The notes: generated from the letters alone by a model not told the origin. A stretch of 60,958 bases of DNA, filler included, from 12 parts of 12 records of this genome joined end to end with filler, not necessarily neighbours in it, one strand, 5' to 3'. Positions 22,477 to 35,816 are shown, counted from the whole stretch's first letter. Numbers and translations: made by a program.

Positions 22477-23153
22477 CCTTCAGGCGCTTGAGGAATTGAC
22501 CCGCTCGGGAAGAGTTCAGGGCCGTCGAATCCATCTCGTCTGACTTCAATATCACGAAACATCAGCCGACATACATGGTGCAAACAGCCACCTTCCACCC
22601 TCGGTGAGCGCCTCCCTGTCGTCGAGCGCGTCGCGCTTCACCTGCGCCACAAGCACGACAACGCCAAGATGGGCTAGATGTTCAAGATGAAGGTGCTGAT
22701 GAGCACTAGTCCGTCGAACCGTACATTGGCAGAAACATATCCAAAGCCTCCGTGTGCAAGACGTGGGTAGAACTCCAGCCGCTGTGCAATTCAATTCTTT
22801 CATGATTCGTGCCACACAACAGCGGAGCAGTTCAAGTTGAACGAGAGCATACGGGCCGTATCCCCTCTATCAACCGGTGGCGGGGGTGGTAGGGTGGCGA
22901 CAAGAGTACTTTGCTACCTGTCTGGTACAGTACTAGATGTACTTTATCTAGAATGCTACTACTAGTATATGCAGCATTTCAAAATTGAGCGGATACATTC
23001 GAATAAAATGGTATGATACACGCGCGGCCCGGCGCGCCCGAGAGTGCCTAGATTGGAAGTGATGCGATGCGCCACGAAGCCATCGTGTGTGCTGAGTTGC
23101 ACGCACCTTCAAAGATACTAGCACCACTATGCGTTTGCTGAAGCACGGCACAG

Positions 23154-26100
23154 CTACACGTCGTCATCGAACCAACTCATGTTAAGCTGGATGTACTGCG
23201 CGCTGCGCCATGACTTCGTTCCGCATGGTTCAGTTTTGCATGCACGGTAGTGCGTGAAGTGTACGCGATCGTCGTCGACAAAAATTGAGCAGTAAGAATG
23301 CTCCAGTACAGCTTGTCCAGTGTATTGGAGATTGCGGTAGCCATACCATGATGAGCCCCCATCGGATGATATCTGCGCTGCTAGCATGTACCGCGTTCCG
23401 TACAATGTTTGATCAGGATCAAAGTGCGGACCGGTGACGAGTAGTAGTCGATTATCTGGCAGTCGAGCTAGGTTTGGAGGGGCCATCGGGTGGCGCATCA
23501 ACGTGTTGAGGTGAACGGGATTGCTCCAGGTGCTACCAAAGTCTGTGGACCGACTCTGTCCGAGCCAACCAGTCGAAGTGCGGCCTACCATCAGCAATTC
23601 ACCTTGTCCAGCTTTGGCTTTTACAGTAGTAGCTTCTGAATCTTGCCCTGCTCCAACCTCGACAAATGACGCCTCAAGGAACCCTTCATTGGTCGACCCT
23701 CGAAATGGATGCGCGTCGGCGCCACTTAGTCTCAAACAAGCAGGAGAGCGCTGCCACGACGATCCCTGATCGTCGCTGTAAAATACCAAGGTGCACAGCT
23801 TTCCGTTGTTGGCAGCCATAGTTTCATTTGCTTTGACGTGTACAGTCACAAGTAATCGGCCGTTCGAGAGCATACGTAGACGGTCGTGCGCTCCGGTCAT
23901 GTAAATGTAGCTGTCGTCCGTCAAGCGTTGCTCCTGCCCAAAGCTCTTTCCGCCATCAGTACTGCGTCTTGTCACACGCCAGGCAGTGGACTGTGTGCCG
24001 CTGCGGGAGCTTACAAAGTAGGAGATCAGAATGTGCCCACGTGCAATGACCACGGCCCCAACATTCGCACGCCCTTTCCCGTCTGCTGGCGTAAGTTGTA
24101 CAGCGTTGTCGCTCCAGCTTGCCCCGTCGTCTCGACTACTCTGATAAACAATTACAGATTCGCCAAGGTCGCCATGATTGCCCAACCATCGCCCGTAAAA
24201 GTAGAACAGCATGTTGCCGTCTCGGACGATAGTACCTTCGCCAGACCTTGGGTATGTTGCGTTGCTGGTCGCTATTGGAGATCCCAGTGGAGTCGTGTCG
24301 ACGACCAAAGTGCGTTCGCTAACCACCCGCGAGCACTGCAGCTTTGGCAACGGGGGTGGTGATGGTCCGGGTTGGTTGTGCAAGAGTCCAGACGTACTGC
24401 TGTGCTTCGTAATATGCTGGCAGTCGGTGCTTCCGTATAGTTCGCAGTCTCCGTGCTGAACTATGCTGTCCCATGACCATGCAGCGCATGACGCAACTCC
24501 TCCCCATGCACGCGAATAGTTTGTGCACCGAGCGCAGCACTCAGAAGCAGTGGCAGTGAAGTGGTGCTCGTGCTCCAGAATTTTAGCACAGCCGGCGAGT
24601 TGCACACCACGTAGAAACGAAGCTGTGGTGCAGTTGCCGGTGTAGTTGGCTTCACGCGGAGGCAGTGGAGGAGTTGCAGCACCGTCACAGAGCCGCAGCG
24701 TATAATTCCTCGAATCGAGCAGTCCACCAACGTCAAATCGTCGAGCTGATGCAGGCAACATGCCCACAGTCAGCCATTCGCCATCATACTGCATCTGTAC
24801 GCTGGTCGTATTCCATGCGCTGGCCGCCCACTGCAGCTCAATACTGCTGCTGCTGCTGGTTCTTGCATGCACCGTGGGCGGGACAGATTCTGTGCGTGAC
24901 AACGCGCTCGACCTGGGAGATTCAGCCATGGCCGCCTCCTCCAGCTCCTCCATCACCTCCACCCCCTCCTCCGCCACCTCCGCCTTCTGGAAGGGCTGCA
25001 ACATGGTGTAGCAGTAGTCGATTGGACACCACAGAATGGTCCCGTTCGATCCAGCTCCGCAGTCGTTGGGATTGTGCCCAGCGAACGGATCGAAGCTAGC
25101 ACACTGCGGTCGATCAGGCACGGGGAAGCTAATGTTTCGACATGTGCTAGTATGTGGAGCTGCACAACCGCAAAAAGATGCGTAAGATTGACATACAGTG
25201 CAGCAAATTGACTGACAAATCTGCAAAACACAAGACCACCAGTGGGGAGCGCACTGCAGCAAGGCCACGCCTCTGTAACACCGGTCGTTAGCGCCACGGG
25301 TTGATTCTGTGCGTTCAGTACCACGTGAGGCCGCTCCCTACGGCTGAGAATTTTCGGACTCTCTCCAACAACTTCGACTCTGTTGGTGTACACCTTGTCG
25401 CTGTTCCCACTCCAGTGCCATCCGCCGTCAATACTCCAGTAATGGTGGCCAAACGGATCTCCCCAGCCACCGCCATGAAGCACTGCATGCAGAACGTCAT
25501 GGTCGCCAGTTGCTGACCGATCAATCCACAGCATCGGATCTTCTCCAAGACCGTAGTGAACCGGATGCCACTTGTAATCAGACAAGTTTCTCCAGTGACC
25601 TGCTCGAAGCATGCCTAGTCCAGGACGACCGAGGCAGACTAACGAGCTGTTAGAGCGTATAATGCAAGCTAGATTAGTGTCTCCTTTGCCCTTCGATGGC
25701 ACCAGCACAGGCTTGCTCCATGGTCCTTCAGGTTTCCTCGCCCAGGACATACGCGTCGAGAGTGGGGCACAGCGCTTTTCACATGGGCATTGCACCGCAT
25801 TTAAGTCCCACGGACACGACGTACCATTTTGTCCACAAGTAAGGGGTAGCGAGCACTGGCTACCGGGATCTTCCCCCGCATTCGTTGTGAAAAACATCAC
25901 CCACTCTCCAGTCGGTGCACGGCTGACAGTTGGTTCGTGTGCAAACACTGGCTGTGCAGTGTCCTGCCGAATAAAGTTCCACTTGCCTGGAGCAGCAGTT
26001 GCATGGACTACCCTGCTGTTGCTGCGCCATGATTTAATGCCTACGGAATTTGTCATCTCTGCCGCAAACATGTGGTAGGTTCCTGCTTCATCCAACAGAA

Positions 26101-26383
26101 CTGAGCCGCCCCACGAGCTAGTCTGCTCGCCTGTGATGGTGTCGACAGTCCGCAGGCCCACCCCAGTCGTTGGGTCTAGGGGTGCAAAATTGAACGTCTC
26201 GCATCTGTGACCCGCGAATTGGTGGCGACAGACACAGCGCCCAGCCACACACTGCCCGAAGTACGAGCAGTCTGCCTCGGTCTCACAGCCAGTTGGCGCA
26301 TGCTGCTTGGTCCGCACGGTGCCTGCTCCAGATGCCGTCCAGCTGCACAGCAGCAGCTGTAGGCTCGAGGACAGCCACACCAT
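23154..26383 (-). CDS. Secreted multidomain glycoside hydrolase-like protein: EGF, GH43-like beta-propeller, FN3, PAN/apple, BNR/Asp-box sialidase-like propeller; intron 25160-25254
   Basis: Signal peptide from ATG 26383; CSYFGQCVAGRCVC; SSWGGSV…YHMF…FAHEP…EDP…RRERP…DYCYTMLQPF; a phase-1 intron joins the two ORFs; five S-x-D-x-G-x-[ST]-[WF] Asp boxes. Confidence 0.75.
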
Positions 26384-26495
26384 GTCCCCCTGTGTGACAG
26401 CTCGCGCACGTAGAAGTAAACCGAAGTCGATGTACGCGACGGTCACAGCCCGGCGCGCGATGCGCCGTGCACGTCCCTGTTAAAACACCGATGAC

Positions 26496-26595
26496 NNNNN
26501 NNNNNNNNNNNNNNNNNNNNNNNNNNNNNNNNNNNNNNNTTAATTAATTAANNNNNNNNNNNNNNNNNNNNNNNNNNNNNNNNNNNNNNNNNNNN
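26496..26595. other. Artificial contig spacer
   Basis: 44N-TTAATTAATTAA-44N. Confidence 0.98.
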
Positions 26596-27016
26596 GCATG
26601 CTTCAATTTCATAGGAAATTCAGTAGAGAATCATCAGGGCGTCGCCAGGGTGTAGGATCCTACTGAGAATCGACCTGGATTGTGGATAGAAGAAATTCTG
26701 ATTTCTCTTGACCGTTCCGCTCCGCCGAACGTTGAGAGGCGACGATGGCGATGGGCATGAACATGGCGATGGCGGTGGTGGTGATGGGCGTCATCCCATA
26801 GCCGTGAGTGGGGCTGCTCGGCGCTGCTCTCCCTGTGCGTGTGCTAGATCTGGTACTGTGGCAGGATCTCTCTGTGTGGGGGGTGGGGCTCATACGCTGT
26901 GGTTTGGCGCCGCAGGGTCGGAAGGGACCGGGGCGCCCTTGGTGCTCGGCGGCGTTGGCGTGCGGCTCAGGGTCGGGGCTGGGCTGGGGGGGCGGTGGCT
27001 CTCCATGCAGGTGGTG

Positions 27017-29936
27017 ATGTCGGCCGAAACGTTGCTCGGCGGCCACAAGGATCGCTTTGATGCGGGGCTACGGGCGTTGCAGGGCGGGAAGAAGGCGGGC
27101 CCGCGGGAGCTCCAACGCATCCGTGAACGAGAGGTGGGTGTGCTATACCGCATACGCTATGTGCTGTGCCCCCCCTCCCCCTCCCTCTCTCTCGCATGCG
27201 CGGCCACACATGCTCCTCCCGCTGCGCTAGCTGTCCTTTCCATCGGGTTGCTGACGGGTGGGCACATCGCTGCCGCAGAATGAACGCTATCATGAAATTG
27301 AGCAGGCGCGGCAACGCGAAAAGGAGCGGGAGGAGCGCAACCGAGCTCGCGCGATGGCCAAGCTGACCGCTGCAAAGATGGCGGCGGAGACAGAAGCAGA
27401 GAAACAGCGCGAGCGGGAGCTGGCGGAATCGATGGGTATCGACGTCGACGCCGCGAACGAAAAAGAGCTTGCGGCGGCGATGGCCGGCCTGGGTATGAAG
27501 CCAGTCCAGACGGGACGCGCCCCACTACAGGGCATGGTCGAATCGGCACCGCGGGTCGACGTCGGCGACTTTGCAGCCAAGCGCGCGGCTGCGCTAGCCA
27601 AAGCGAAGATGCTCCGCGAGGAGCAGGGGGGCATCGGCGTGACGGTGAGTATGGGCGCGCGAGCGCCGGGGATCGGGAGTGACGCTGTAGGCGGAGACTG
27701 GGGCCGCTATGAGCGCGGGGAGACGCGCCAATCCACGGCGTCGCCCAAGCCTGTCAGGAGCGAGCCGAAGCGACTCATCGCTCCGAGAGGCGAAGAGCGC
27801 AGCACTCGCACCAGCCCGCGCACGGCCAAGCGCCAGAGTGCTGCGGCCGCCAAGGCAGCCTCTCAGATAGCGGATGCTAGGAGCATCCTTGCGCTGGACC
27901 CTTACGACAAAGAGGCCTCAGCCACTCTCAAGGCAGCCCAGGCAGTGCTTGAGCGCAGTGATACTCAGCCGGATGATGGTGTCACTGAGGCGTGGGGAGC
28001 CACTGATACAGCCAGCGTGCGCAAGCAGCGCCGAGTTGACAAGCGGGAGCGTCGCAAGAAACGCGAAAGACGTGGCAGCGGTCTGCGCGCTGGATCACAG
28101 TCCATGCCAATCCTTCCCTCTATGGCTTCGGAAGCGGACGATGTGGGTGAAGCCCAGGTTGCCCAAGCCTACGGCGGTTCGCCGAAGTCATCCGGCGGGA
28201 AGTCTCGGGCAAGAAAGCGAGAGCTGAAAGCTGCAAAAAAAGCCGCCGCTGTCGATTCGGCAGCGGCGGCTGCCGCGGCGCAACAGGCGAAGCTGGCGGG
28301 TGTAGCGGCGGCTGAGGCAGCAGCTACACGTTCACCGAAGCCGCAGCGTTCCGTGTTCGCTTCACGAGAGGAGCTAGAAGCCATGAAGCTCTCGGAGCTA
28401 CGCAGGCACGCCTTGCAGACAGCTGTAGATGAGGACCTATGCGAGGCAGCCCTGGATAGTGATGATCCGAAAGCAGAGATGGTAACGGTTGTGCTCGCGC
28501 ACACGGATGCCATCCACGCGAAGGAAGATGCAGCAATTCAAGCATGGCAGGACGCGGAGGACCGTTTGGAGGCGGAGCGGCGGGTACAGATGGAGATGGA
28601 GGCAGAGGCTGAAATGGCGGCTGAGCTGGCTGCAGAGGCAGCGCGTGAAGCTGCTGCACAGGAAAGAGCGCGACAGGAAGCCGAGGAGGCAGAACGTCGC
28701 CGGGCGGAAGCAGCCGCGGTAGAGGCATCGATGAAAGCACGTCGTGCCGAAGACCTGGAGCGGTTGCGGGCGATGAAACTGTCAGGTCTTCGGCGTCATG
28801 GTGTGGAAAGCGGCCTAGACGAGAGCCAGTTGGAGATTGCATTGGATGCCGAGGACCCAAAAGCAGCAATCGTAGAGATTCTCATCGATCAGCTTGACAA
28901 GGAATACGCAAGAGCAGCCGAGCTACAACGACAAAACTCCAGAGTCGAAAAGGAGTCAGGTACAGGAGGAAAAGCCATAGGAGCGCAGCGGTCAGGCGGC
29001 AAGGGTGATAGACGGAGGAAACAAAAGCAGCAGGCACCAAAGCAAAATCAAGCCACGGCTGGGCGTGCGCGGAGTTACAGTCCTGAATCGAGTATGGGAT
29101 CGCCAGTCCAGGATTGTAGTCACGGCGACGCAGACGAACCTGATCAGACGGAAAAGGAGTACCAGCCACGACGTCGGCAACCGTCTATGCAGCCCCAGGC
29201 TGCACGAGTCAAGACAGCGTTGTCCCCCCGTGTGCTTGAGGCCCGGCAGGAAAAAAGGAGGGAAAGGGAAAGAGAGAAAGAGCTTGCCAGGCGGAAGGCT
29301 GCGGCGACCGGATCGGGGCGTGGTGCTGGCGGTGCAATTCCGTTCAACCCGCCACATAGACTACCGACACGGACAATGCCCGAGGAAGACGAGAAACAGG
29401 AGCGCGAGGATGTCGGTGGTAGAGAGAACGCGAGCGATATCTCAGCAGCACGCGCCACTGCCAAGGCTGGAGCGGCCGTGACGATGACGGGGCAGGCTGC
29501 AAAAGGAGACTCCACTGCAGCCATGCGGAAAAAGCGCATGGCTGAGGTGCAGGCACGTCTTCAGGCAGAGGAGGTGAATCGCCAGTCACGATACCGCAAG
29601 GACAAGCAGCAGGGGACGTCGTCGCCGGTAGTGAAGCAGCGTGGTCATGGGCGTGCTGTAAGCTTTGGCAACGTGGAGCAGGCCACTAGCTCTAGCAGCG
29701 ATGAGGGAGCCCATGACAAAGACGAGCACGAGGGCGGCGGCGGTGATTCAGACCAACGTAGACCTTTCGTTGAAATCAAGCCTCGGCCAAAGCGAAATGC
29801 TGTAGAAGAGGTGCGACGTTACATGCAGGAGCGCGGGCCTGTCCAAAGCAGCTCTCGCACGATGTATGATGAGATCCTTCGGGAAGCCAGGGCGCTGGAG
29901 AAGATGCTGAATGACGATGATGTTGTCATATGCTGA
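27017..29936 (+). CDS. Charged coiled-coil/disordered protein with two copies of a ~40-aa helical module; intron 27134-27278
   Basis: 892-aa ORF plus a phase-0 upstream exon (…RIRERE|NERYHEIEQ); start codon uncertain (27005 or 27017). Confidence 0.7.
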
Positions 29937-29992
29937 TGATGTTGTCTCGATGCCAAAATGATGAAACTTCATCAATTTTGCTCTCTACGCTG

Positions 29993-31409
29993 TCATTTTG
30001 CCAACACGAAATCACGAAAGTAGGCCGGGCACACGTGTGGCACATCCCTACAGGTTTCGTGTCCTGCTCCCGCAACTCTCAAGATTGTCAAGTTCCCAAC
30101 CTGTCGTGTAGACCCCCAGGGTGAAGTACTAGTAGGTGTATTCGCAGGCATCCAAGGGTGCAGCGGTGCGGCCACCAGCGCAGCTTGTCCGTCCCATTTC
30201 ATCGCCCGTGTCCAGGCATCAAGTGCCAGGTAGTTGTAGTGCAAGTCCAGTTCACCACTGTACAGGAGCACTCGAACGGTCGGATGGTCGTTCACAATCG
30301 ATTCCATCGCCCAACGATACGATCGCACAAGATCCAGGTTGAACCGCGGATAAACGGTTGAGTTGAAGCAGCTCCAGACGGAAGAAGCGTTTTCCGCGCG
30401 TAGTGTGCGTTTTGTGGCATCGCTGCGAAAGAAGCTCAGGTACTCCGGCGGGTTGCCAACGAATGGCGTTGTCGCTGGAGCCCATCAACAGGGGCCGAAT
30501 CAATACGGCTAGCAGACAGAATAAATTATTATTGCCTGGACAATCGATGATATCGTGTGAGTGGAGCGCACCATGAATGTTCAGATTGTCTGGAGTTGGA
30601 CAGTATGACGAGAGCGCCCAGCATTCGTCATTCGCAGCACTCCAGTTGCCCTGTAGCAGCGCCCGCTTGCAACCGAACCTATACTGACGGTTGAAGCGTG
30701 CCAAGGTCGTAGCATTTATCAGCTTGTTTTCGTGCAAGAACTCGCCCCATGTCGGGATCTGCGTCAGAGGATCGATCAGCCCATTGCCCATTGCTATCCC
30801 ACGCAGCGTGAGTGGCAATGTTCCTTCAAGAACGAGCTTGGCTACTACGGGCAAATACTGCCCGGCCGCTGAGTACCCCATGATGTAGAACTCCCACGTG
30901 ATCTCACTTTCACGTGACTGCTGTCGGAGCCACGTACCCAGGAACGAGACGATGCGGCGGGCTGTCTGATTTGCAGTGACTGCCACCGGCTGCTCGCCAC
31001 CACTATAGCCTGCGCCCTCCCACTCGTCCAGGTACAGGATGTCAAGCCCGAGTTGGCCAGGTATCGAATTCGGGTTTTCGACTAGGGTGCCATTTTCGAG
31101 GAGGCACGGCCCAGCTTGGTAGGTCGCGTCGCGCGCGCCAGCGCCCCCAGGACCACCGATAAGCCACAGCAGAAGCGGGACCTGCTGCTTCTCGCCCACA
31201 CTAATGGCACCCGTGGCCCGGCCATGCGGAAAGTGCCACCACCACACGCTGCTCGTTTCGCTGCTTCGGTCGTCGTCCTCCTCCTCCTCCAGCACGAGGA
31301 AGCCACTCTTACTAGCACTTGCTGCAACACAGCTGGGCAGTGTGGTCGCCCGGGAAAGCGTCGTGGCTACGAGCGCCAACACTGCGGCTGCCAGCAGCGC
31401 CGGCTGCAT
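29993..31409 (-). CDS. Serine carboxypeptidase, peptidase S10 family; intron 30475-30571
   Basis: Signal peptide; PLLLWLIGGPG; GPC; FYIMGYSAAGQY; GIAMGNGLIDP; VLLYSGELD; VAGAGH (Ser/Asp/His triad present). Confidence 0.85.
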
Positions 31410-31673
31410 ATATGTCCGCAAAGATGTATGTAATTGCATTGATCGTCGGTACGCGCGTGTACGCGAGCGCCACCATCACCATGCACCAGCGCTCATCAGT
31501 CAAGTTGGCCGCCACCGCCGCGCGCGCGACGAGACGGCGACGACGCGATGAGAGCCGAGATCTGCATTAGTCGAGAGACTGCGCGAGCAGTGCCCAGATT
31601 GTAAGGTCGTTGAGTCTGGGTGCTTAAAACTCGTATAACAAATGGAGGAGCTGGAGGGATATGGTTCGTGAGG

Positions 31674-31773
31674 NNNNNNNNNNNNNNNNNNNNNNNNNNN
31701 NNNNNNNNNNNNNNNNNTTAATTAATTAANNNNNNNNNNNNNNNNNNNNNNNNNNNNNNNNNNNNNNNNNNNN
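31674..31773. other. Artificial contig spacer
   Basis: 44N-TTAATTAATTAA-44N. Confidence 0.98.
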
Positions 31774-31847
31774 GGGTGTGGGAAGCTTACTGTAAGCGTT
31801 AAGGGCTCTGGACAGCGACCAGCAGCCCCATACGTCGACAGGATAGG

Positions 31848-32840
31848 ATGGCCGTTCGCTACCTCCTCACGCTCGGCGCGCTCGTGGGCGTTGCCCACGC
31901 ACAGGACGCCTGCACCATCGCCGCCTCGGCAGTGTTCGAGCCCTGCTGCCCGGGGGGCGGTGGGGGCGCCACTGCGTGCTTCTACACCTCAACGACGTAT
32001 ACTGAGATGTGCGGTATTGGCGAGTGTACCGAGGCGCTCAACGCCGCCGACAGGGCGTGCCAAGGCGTGGCCGATAGCAACCCTGTCGCACAGGCGTACC
32101 AGGCGCTGCGCCTCGCAGTTAGCTGCGCGGGCCTTGATGACCCGTGTGTCGAATCTGTCCAGGACACTATGAACACCTGCCAACTCTCTTCGGCGCTGGA
32201 AGGCGATCCAGACGCGTTGATGAGCGCAGCAGCAGTGGTGTGCACGGAGCCTACCTGCGTCAGTCAGCTGCAACAGCAGGTCCAGCAGTGCAGTGGCGCG
32301 CAGGACTTCAGCACGGCACTCGCGGTCGGGATGTTCGGCTCGATCTTGGCGACTTGCGATGGCGCCGCCGGCGCTGCAACCGCGCTCACATGCAGCGACC
32401 AGCAGATGGAGCTGCTGATGAGCACGTGTTACACAGATCAGGGGCAGCCCAACTGCCCGGCGTGCCTGCCGATGCTCAGCACTATGGTGGGCACCTGTCC
32501 CGCTTCGTTCGCGGCGGGCCCCGCGAGCGACCTCAGCGTCATGTGCGGGATGGCGGTCGCTGGCCAGTGCAACGACATCGCTGACAGTGCGACGGCCGTC
32601 ACGACCACCTGCTGCGACGAGCCCACGGAAGACTGCACCTCGGGCATGCCCGCGTCGTGTAACGAAGGCTGCGCGCGGGTGTTCATTCCATTCATGAACG
32701 ACTGTGGGTCTATGCTCGGCCCACAGGAAGCTCTGTTTGGAAACCTGCTCCGCCAGTGTCAGGCGGCATGCCCGACCTGCCCTACCGGAGGAAATGGAGA
32801 CGTTCGTCCCCCTCCGGGTGGTCGTGGTGGTGGACACTGA
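31848..32840 (+). CDS. Secreted Cys-rich repeat protein (330 aa)
   Basis: Signal peptide MAVRYLLTLGALVGVAHA; tandem Cys-spaced helical units; single exon. Confidence 0.8.
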   Translation: MAVRYLLTLGALVGVAHAQDACTIAASAVFEPCCPGGGGGATACFYTSTTYTEMCGIGECTEALNAADRACQGVADSNPVAQAYQALRLAVSCAGLDDPCVESVQDTMNTCQLSSALEGDPDALMSAAAVVCTEPTCVSQLQQQVQQCSGAQDFSTALAVGMFGSILATCDGAAGAATALTCSDQQMELLMSTCYTDQGQPNCPACLPMLSTMVGTCPASFAAGPASDLSVMCGMAVAGQCNDIADSATAVTTTCCDEPTEDCTSGMPASCNEGCARVFIPFMNDCGSMLGPQEALFGNLLRQCQAACPTCPTGGNGDVRPPPGGRGGGH

Positions 32841-33057
32841 TTGTTGCGGGAACAGTGGTGCTCGAGGCATAGCCGAGACTTGGAGCTGTGTGCCACAAAT
32901 CGATTTGCAGTCCGGCCGGTGTGCGCAATGAACACGCAGTGTGCGAGCTACTAGTAGCGTGCTCCACCCCCCTACACCTACAAACCTGTGCCGCCAGCCT
33001 CGCTCATTACTTCGGTACGTTCTACATTATGAGTACCGATGCTCATATGCGTGATGG

Positions 33058-35700
33058 TCAGGCGCCGCCAGCGTCTGCCCCCGCTGCTTCTAAGTAGGGC
33101 AGCAGCCTCTGCCTCCAGCGCTCGTCCCTCTCCTGCATCACCTTCTGTAGCGCCTGGATCTTTTCGTCTCTCCTGCCAATCTTCGCGCGCAGTGCCGTCT
33201 CCTTGAACTGGTGTCCGGCTGATGCCATTTTTGCCGCGCTCAGTTGAGCGTGTACACTCTTCAGCTCCGCAGCGTGCTGATCCTCCAGCTTCTTGCGCGC
33301 TTGTTTCTCCCTGCACAGATCCGATTGCAGAGCATGAGCTGAGCAAGAAGTCACAGAAAGTACACCCAAGCTAGAATAGGGCGGGGTGTGTGCGTGGTGG
33401 CGGCGGTGGGGGCTGGGGGGGAGGGGTACTCGCACTCACCGCTCTTGCGCCACCTCGAGACTCATTCTCTCTGCTTTGATCTTTTCCTGCTCCCGCTGTC
33501 GCCCCTCCTCGCTTTCACGCACTCTGCTGTTCAACGTTTGGCACTTGACCTCCAGCGTGCGATTGGTGTCCCGCAGCTCCGCAGCCTCCGCTTCCAGAGC
33601 TTCAGTATCGACCGCCACAGATGCTGCCTGTGCTTGCAATTGTGCCGCCATCTTGTCTGTCTTAGCCTGCAGTGCCTTGTTATCTTCAGCCTGCTTCTTA
33701 ACCTGTGCCGCAAGCTGCGTCGCCTTCTCCTCCTGCTCTACAGTTGAAGCCTCCGCTGCCACCAGCGCACGCTCCAGGGTCCGGGTTCTACTGGTTGACT
33801 CCCCGGCATCCCGTTCTTTTTCTGATAGCCCCTGCTCCAGCCGTTGCACCTTGCGCTCAAGTTTGCTCACTTCAGCATCCTTCGTCCGTGTCGCTCCCTC
33901 CATCTCTGCGATCTGGGCGACCAGACGCTGGCGCTCTGCCTCACGCGTTTTCTGCAGCGCTGCCGTGCGCTCCGCAAGCCGTTCCAGGTGCTCAAGGCTG
34001 GCGTGGTGGTCGCTCTCAGTGCTAAGCGACAAATCCTCCTCTTCAGAGGTCTCCGATAGACTGAAATCCTCTTTGCTGAACGATCGGGCAGGAACGGCGG
34101 AAGACAACGAAGGACGCACTGGTGGCGATTTCGCTGTTTTGAGCTGCGAATAGAAGTCCTGGAGCTGCGCCGGCTTTGGAGACCCGCGCGCTGGTGCCGC
34201 ACTGGTTCGTTTTGCAGACACCTCGAGCTCTTCGTCTGCCTGCATCTGAATGACCTGCGCACGGGGCGACAACGGCCCCGCTGGACGCGGTGCTGAGGCC
34301 ACTAGCATTTCATCTGCTTGCTGCTGACTGATGACTCGATCTGGCAATGCTGCTGACCCTGAGATCCTGCCAGCTGGAGACTCCGACTCCGGCTCCGGCT
34401 CTCTCACCACATCAAGCTCGACGGTCGCACCAGGGAGTGTCACTGCTGCCAGCAACGCGGTCACTTCACTATACGTGTTCACCGGTTTACTATCCACGCA
34501 CCGCAATGTGTCACCCACCCGGATACCTGCAACCGCTGCGGACCCACTGCCCTCCAACTTGATCACAGCGCAATTTTCGTCGACGGCAAATCCGAATCCG
34601 GACGGTTTCCGCTGCAATCGAATCTGTTCAACCTTCTTACCATCCGACCATCCCACAAGCTTCGCTGATTGTTTGGTCTCGTCGAAAAGCTCGTCTTCAT
34701 TTCCGAGGCCAAGCAACTCATAAATCTCCTCTTCTTCCAGCGGTTCGACGTAATTGGAGGGAAAATCGCCCTCTCGCTTGTCCAGGTCGTCATAGCGAAA
34801 TCCTTTCCACCAAGTTTTCGCAGGGTCTTGCATCGTCACGACTACTAGATCACCGGAGGTGAGGGCCAGGTCGGTCGTGCGAGCTGGCACGAAGTCGTGC
34901 ACTGCCTCCCACAGATCTGCCGCCGTAACGTCTGTGATTGGAGCCTCGCCATCCCCCTGCACCAAAGTGATGTCGTCCCGTGCGCCTGTGTCGCCCTCAG
35001 GTTCGCTGCCCGGTAGCGCTTTCGCATCGTCACTGTCCACATCCATGTCATCAACATGTACGAATGCCTGGAACTCGTCGCCTGGTTCCAACCCTTCGGG
35101 AATCTCAACCTCGATCACGGTCCCGTCCGGCAGCGTGCACTGCATCGTTGTTCCGTCGATGTCCTCGGGGACAGTCAGGTCCAGCTCAATCCCTCCCTTG
35201 TCTCCATCCTCGACCTCGTCCTCGTCCTCACCTGCGGGTTCGACCGGCTGGCTAGTTGTGCTTGGCTGCACATGCTGCCTCCGCGCTGGTTCTTTCGGTT
35301 GTCTAGCTGCGCAGCACATGAAACCCCCCTGCTTGCGCTTGCGCTCGGGCTTCGGGCGTGACGGAGCCGCAGCGCGCGGGGGCGGCGGTGCCTCGGAGAC
35401 CACATCGTCATCAGCCGCATCCGACATCTCAGGCGGGACACCCTCATCGTCGAGCTCCGGCTCCGGATCGGGCTCGTCGCCCGCCTCCGCCGCCGCCTCC
35501 TCCGTCTCCCCCCGGGCGGGCGTGGGCGGCATCACCTCCCAGTCATCCCCGGCCGTCGGAGGCGCTCCCGGACGAACCGGGCTCTCCGCCCAGCCCTCCC
35601 CTTCCAGCGTGGCGCCTCCTCCCCCACCCATCGAGAGGTCCGCCGTGGCCAAGCCCTGTGCAAACGAGGCGTCGCTGCCCTGCGGCCGGTCGGCCGACAT
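33058..35700 (-). CDS. SH3 + PDZ + coiled-coil scaffold protein; intron 33311-33439
   Basis: SH3 AVHDF…DLAL…WWKG…GDFPSNYVE; PDZ RKPSGFGFAV…GIRVGD; small VPE…IPEGLEPGDEF beta motif; C-terminal heptads continue in the last exon. Confidence 0.8.
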
Positions 35701-35816
35701 ATGTGACGGTCGGCGTTGGGCTTCAGCACACCTGCGTACACAGCACGAGCTGCAGTAGCGTGCGTCTGCCCTGGGCGTACACCCGCGCTTGCTCCTGCGT
35801 CTGGTAGGCAGGTCGT

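Noticed and set aside
22477-22760. Gene fragment at contig start
   Set aside because: Short plausible frames on both strands, no recognisable motif, strand cannot be decided.
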